Shown: positions 62,689 to 64,000 of the stretch, in pieces
Position numbering within the stretch: the stretch's first letter is position 1
Layout of the letters: the number at the start of each line of letters is the position of its first letter
Assembly: GCA_042572295.1 (NCBI GenBank)
Contig: JBHPFA010000001.1
Location: forward strand, 79,788-143,787
Direction: 5' to 3'
DNA from: Nanobdellota archaeon
Lineage (GTDB): Archaea > Nanobdellota > Nanobdellia > Pacearchaeales > JAHJTO01
Length of the DNA stretch: 64,000 nucleotides
The notes under the pieces: generated by a model
Seen by the model: only the letters and a program-made list of their open reading frames with translations
The model's database searches: none
What the model was told of the DNA's origin: nothing
Translations under genes and position numbers: made by a program

Positions 62689-63462
62689 ATGACTAACATA
62701 GAGGATCTGGAAAAACGTGTAAAGAAAAATTTAGGAATAACCAGTGATTATGTTCATGGTAAGTTAAAGTTATTAGGAGAATTTACTCCTGAAGACCAAA
62801 AAAAGCCAGGCAAGGTAGATAGAGGATATTGGAAAGAAACTTTTAAGGATGATCATGGTATATTTTATATGAGGTATATTGAATTAAAAAACGAAAAATG
62901 GGTAACTATCTCACATTTAGACTTAAAAGAGGATGACGATTTTATTTACCTACCTGTAAGAGCAGAATATGATATAATTTACAGAGGAAATCTTTCTCTT
63001 CAACGCAATAATTTAGTAAGTAGCCTAAAAGGAGAAGCCAAATTCAATCTTGATGGCTGTTTAGAAGGATTACAAAGATTCAAAATAAAGAAGTCTGATA
63101 TAGAGCACAATTTATTTGCTACACGCTTAGTTCCACAACATGCATGTTATATGACTACTGCATGTGTCGAACATGCAGGACTTAGTGATAATTGTTTTGA
63201 ATTAGAGACATTAAGAGGATTAAGAGATAATTATGTTGAAAAAATTGAAGGTGGAAAGGATTTGATAAGAGAGTATTATCAAAAAGCTCCTGAATTAGTT
63301 AGAAGAGTTAAAGCACATCCTTCATCTGATAAGTTATTAGATCAAAGTTTTGTCGAAATTAGGAAAGTAGTTGATTTGACTGCAAGAGGACAATACTCTG
63401 AAGCAGTAGAACATTACAAGAATACAATGTTTGAATTAGAAAATACTGTGGGGAAACATTAA
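62689..63462 (+). CDS. Hypothetical protein
   Basis: Start taken at the ATG at 62689 (MTNIEDLEKRV), because the track start at 62638 adds a hydrophobic non-coding-looking extension. Cys cluster ACYMTTACVEHAGLSDNCFELETLRGLRDNY. Confidence 0.5.
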   Translation: MTNIEDLEKRVKKNLGITSDYVHGKLKLLGEFTPEDQKKPGKVDRGYWKETFKDDHGIFYMRYIELKNEKWVTISHLDLKEDDDFIYLPVRAEYDIIYRGNLSLQRNNLVSSLKGEAKFNLDGCLEGLQRFKIKKSDIEHNLFATRLVPQHACYMTTACVEHAGLSDNCFELETLRGLRDNYVEKIEGGKDLIREYYQKAPELVRRVKAHPSSDKLLDQSFVEIRKVVDLTARGQYSEAVEHYKNTMFELENTVGKH

Positions 63463-63463
63463 C

Positions 63464-63706
63464 ATGATAGGAATGTGTCCTTGGGGACCTGAATTGATGA
63501 AGGCAATGAGAGATCCTAAGATGCAGGAAATCTTAGAAACGATGGTAAAAGATCCTCATAATGTGGACCATTTAGATTTGGGTAAAAAAGAGCTTCATAT
63601 GAATGATGGTTATGTTCTGAATTCTAAAGGAGATTATTACAAGGGTGCAGTGAAGTTAAAAGATAAAGTATCTCCAGCAGAGTATAGAATGTACCTTACT
63701 GGATGA
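63464..63706 (+). CDS. Hypothetical 80-aa protein
   Basis: 1-nt gap to the upstream gene. No motif recognised. Confidence 0.45.
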   Translation: MIGMCPWGPELMKAMRDPKMQEILETMVKDPHNVDHLDLGKKELHMNDGYVLNSKGDYYKGAVKLKDKVSPAEYRMYLTG

Positions 63707-63762
63707 GTAAAGTAAACTATAAAAAGGTGAAATCTAATTATTAATCATTAAAAGAGAGATAA

Positions 63763-64000
63763 ATGGCAATAGACTGGAGTGTGATAACTAATTATTTTAG
63801 TACAAATGTTGGTGGAGACTATGTTACAGCATTTTGGGTGTTTATAATTATATTAATAGGGCTTAAGTTATTGGGAGTGTATATATTATATTTCTTTAAG
63901 AGTATATCAAAAAGGACAAAGACACAAATTGATGATATGATGGTCAATTTCATATCTAGAATAAAGTGGCCTTTCTTTCTGTATATGGCTTTTTATGCTG
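63763..64000 (+). CDS. Membrane protein, N-terminal fragment (possibly MscS-type channel), runs off window
   Basis: ATG at 63763. Translation is MAIDWSVITNYFSTNVGGDYVTAFWVFIIILIGLKLLGVYILYFF...TQIDDMMVNFI. This topology resembles the MscS N-terminus. Weak evidence. Confidence 0.35.
   Translation, partial: MAIDWSVITNYFSTNVGGDYVTAFWVFIIILIGLKLLGVYILYFFKSISKRTKTQIDDMMVNFISRIKWPFFLYMAFYA

Noticed and set aside
1-64000. Search for CRISPR arrays and rRNA genes
   Set aside because: No regularly spaced short direct repeats with unique spacers were seen. No long GC-enriched structured stretch resembling 16S/23S/5S was seen either. The only tandem repeats are coding (16663-18309).

Overview
Visibly AT-rich, very gene-dense archaeal chromosome segment. 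Archaeal hallmarks are a thermosome, rpoH, split rpoB, aEF-2/aEF-1alpha, an intron-containing tRNA, no encoded CCA ends, TATA-like boxes about 25-35 nt upstream of genes, and many ATGA start/stop overlaps. The gene content looks like a small-genome, DPANN-type archaeon: large N-glycosylatable surface proteins, nucleotide-salvage enzymes and many orphan ORFs. This lineage call is an inference from motifs only. Core blocks: thermosome (1-888, -); a glycolytic/purine cluster of PfkB kinase, class-I FBP aldolase, TIM, 2-hydroxyacid dehydrogenase, cyclophilin and IMPDH (20.7-26.5 kb); the RNAP operon rpoH-rpoB''-rpoB'-rpoA-nusA (39.8-47.2 kb), with A' and A'' apparently fused in one ORF; a 'str' operon S12-S7-EF2-EF1a-S10 (48.6-55.7 kb) interrupted by several orphan genes; and a MacB/FtsX-type ABC operon (58.6-62.6 kb). 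Four tRNAs were found: Tyr with a 61-nt intron, Asp, Lys and Ser. No rRNA and no CRISPR array were seen. The most interesting region is 29.1-39.6 kb. Four direct copies of the tRNA-Lys 3' end delimit three tandem mini-insertions of 2.0, 0.7 and 1.6 kb, each with its own terminal inverted repeats, and one carries only a 130-aa recombinase-like ORF plus iterons. Next comes a DprA(SLOG)-like gene overlapping a HAD-ComFC-like PRTase fusion, then a four-gene operon containing a CYTH enzyme. Other leads are an AbrB-PhoU + two kinase-fold gene operon flanked by paralogous CBS/Zn-ribbon genes, an LpxC-fold gene, an MraZ-like gene, and a two-gene cassette whose proteins share a basic N-terminal peptide. 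All functional calls rest on motifs read from the translations. No database search was run.
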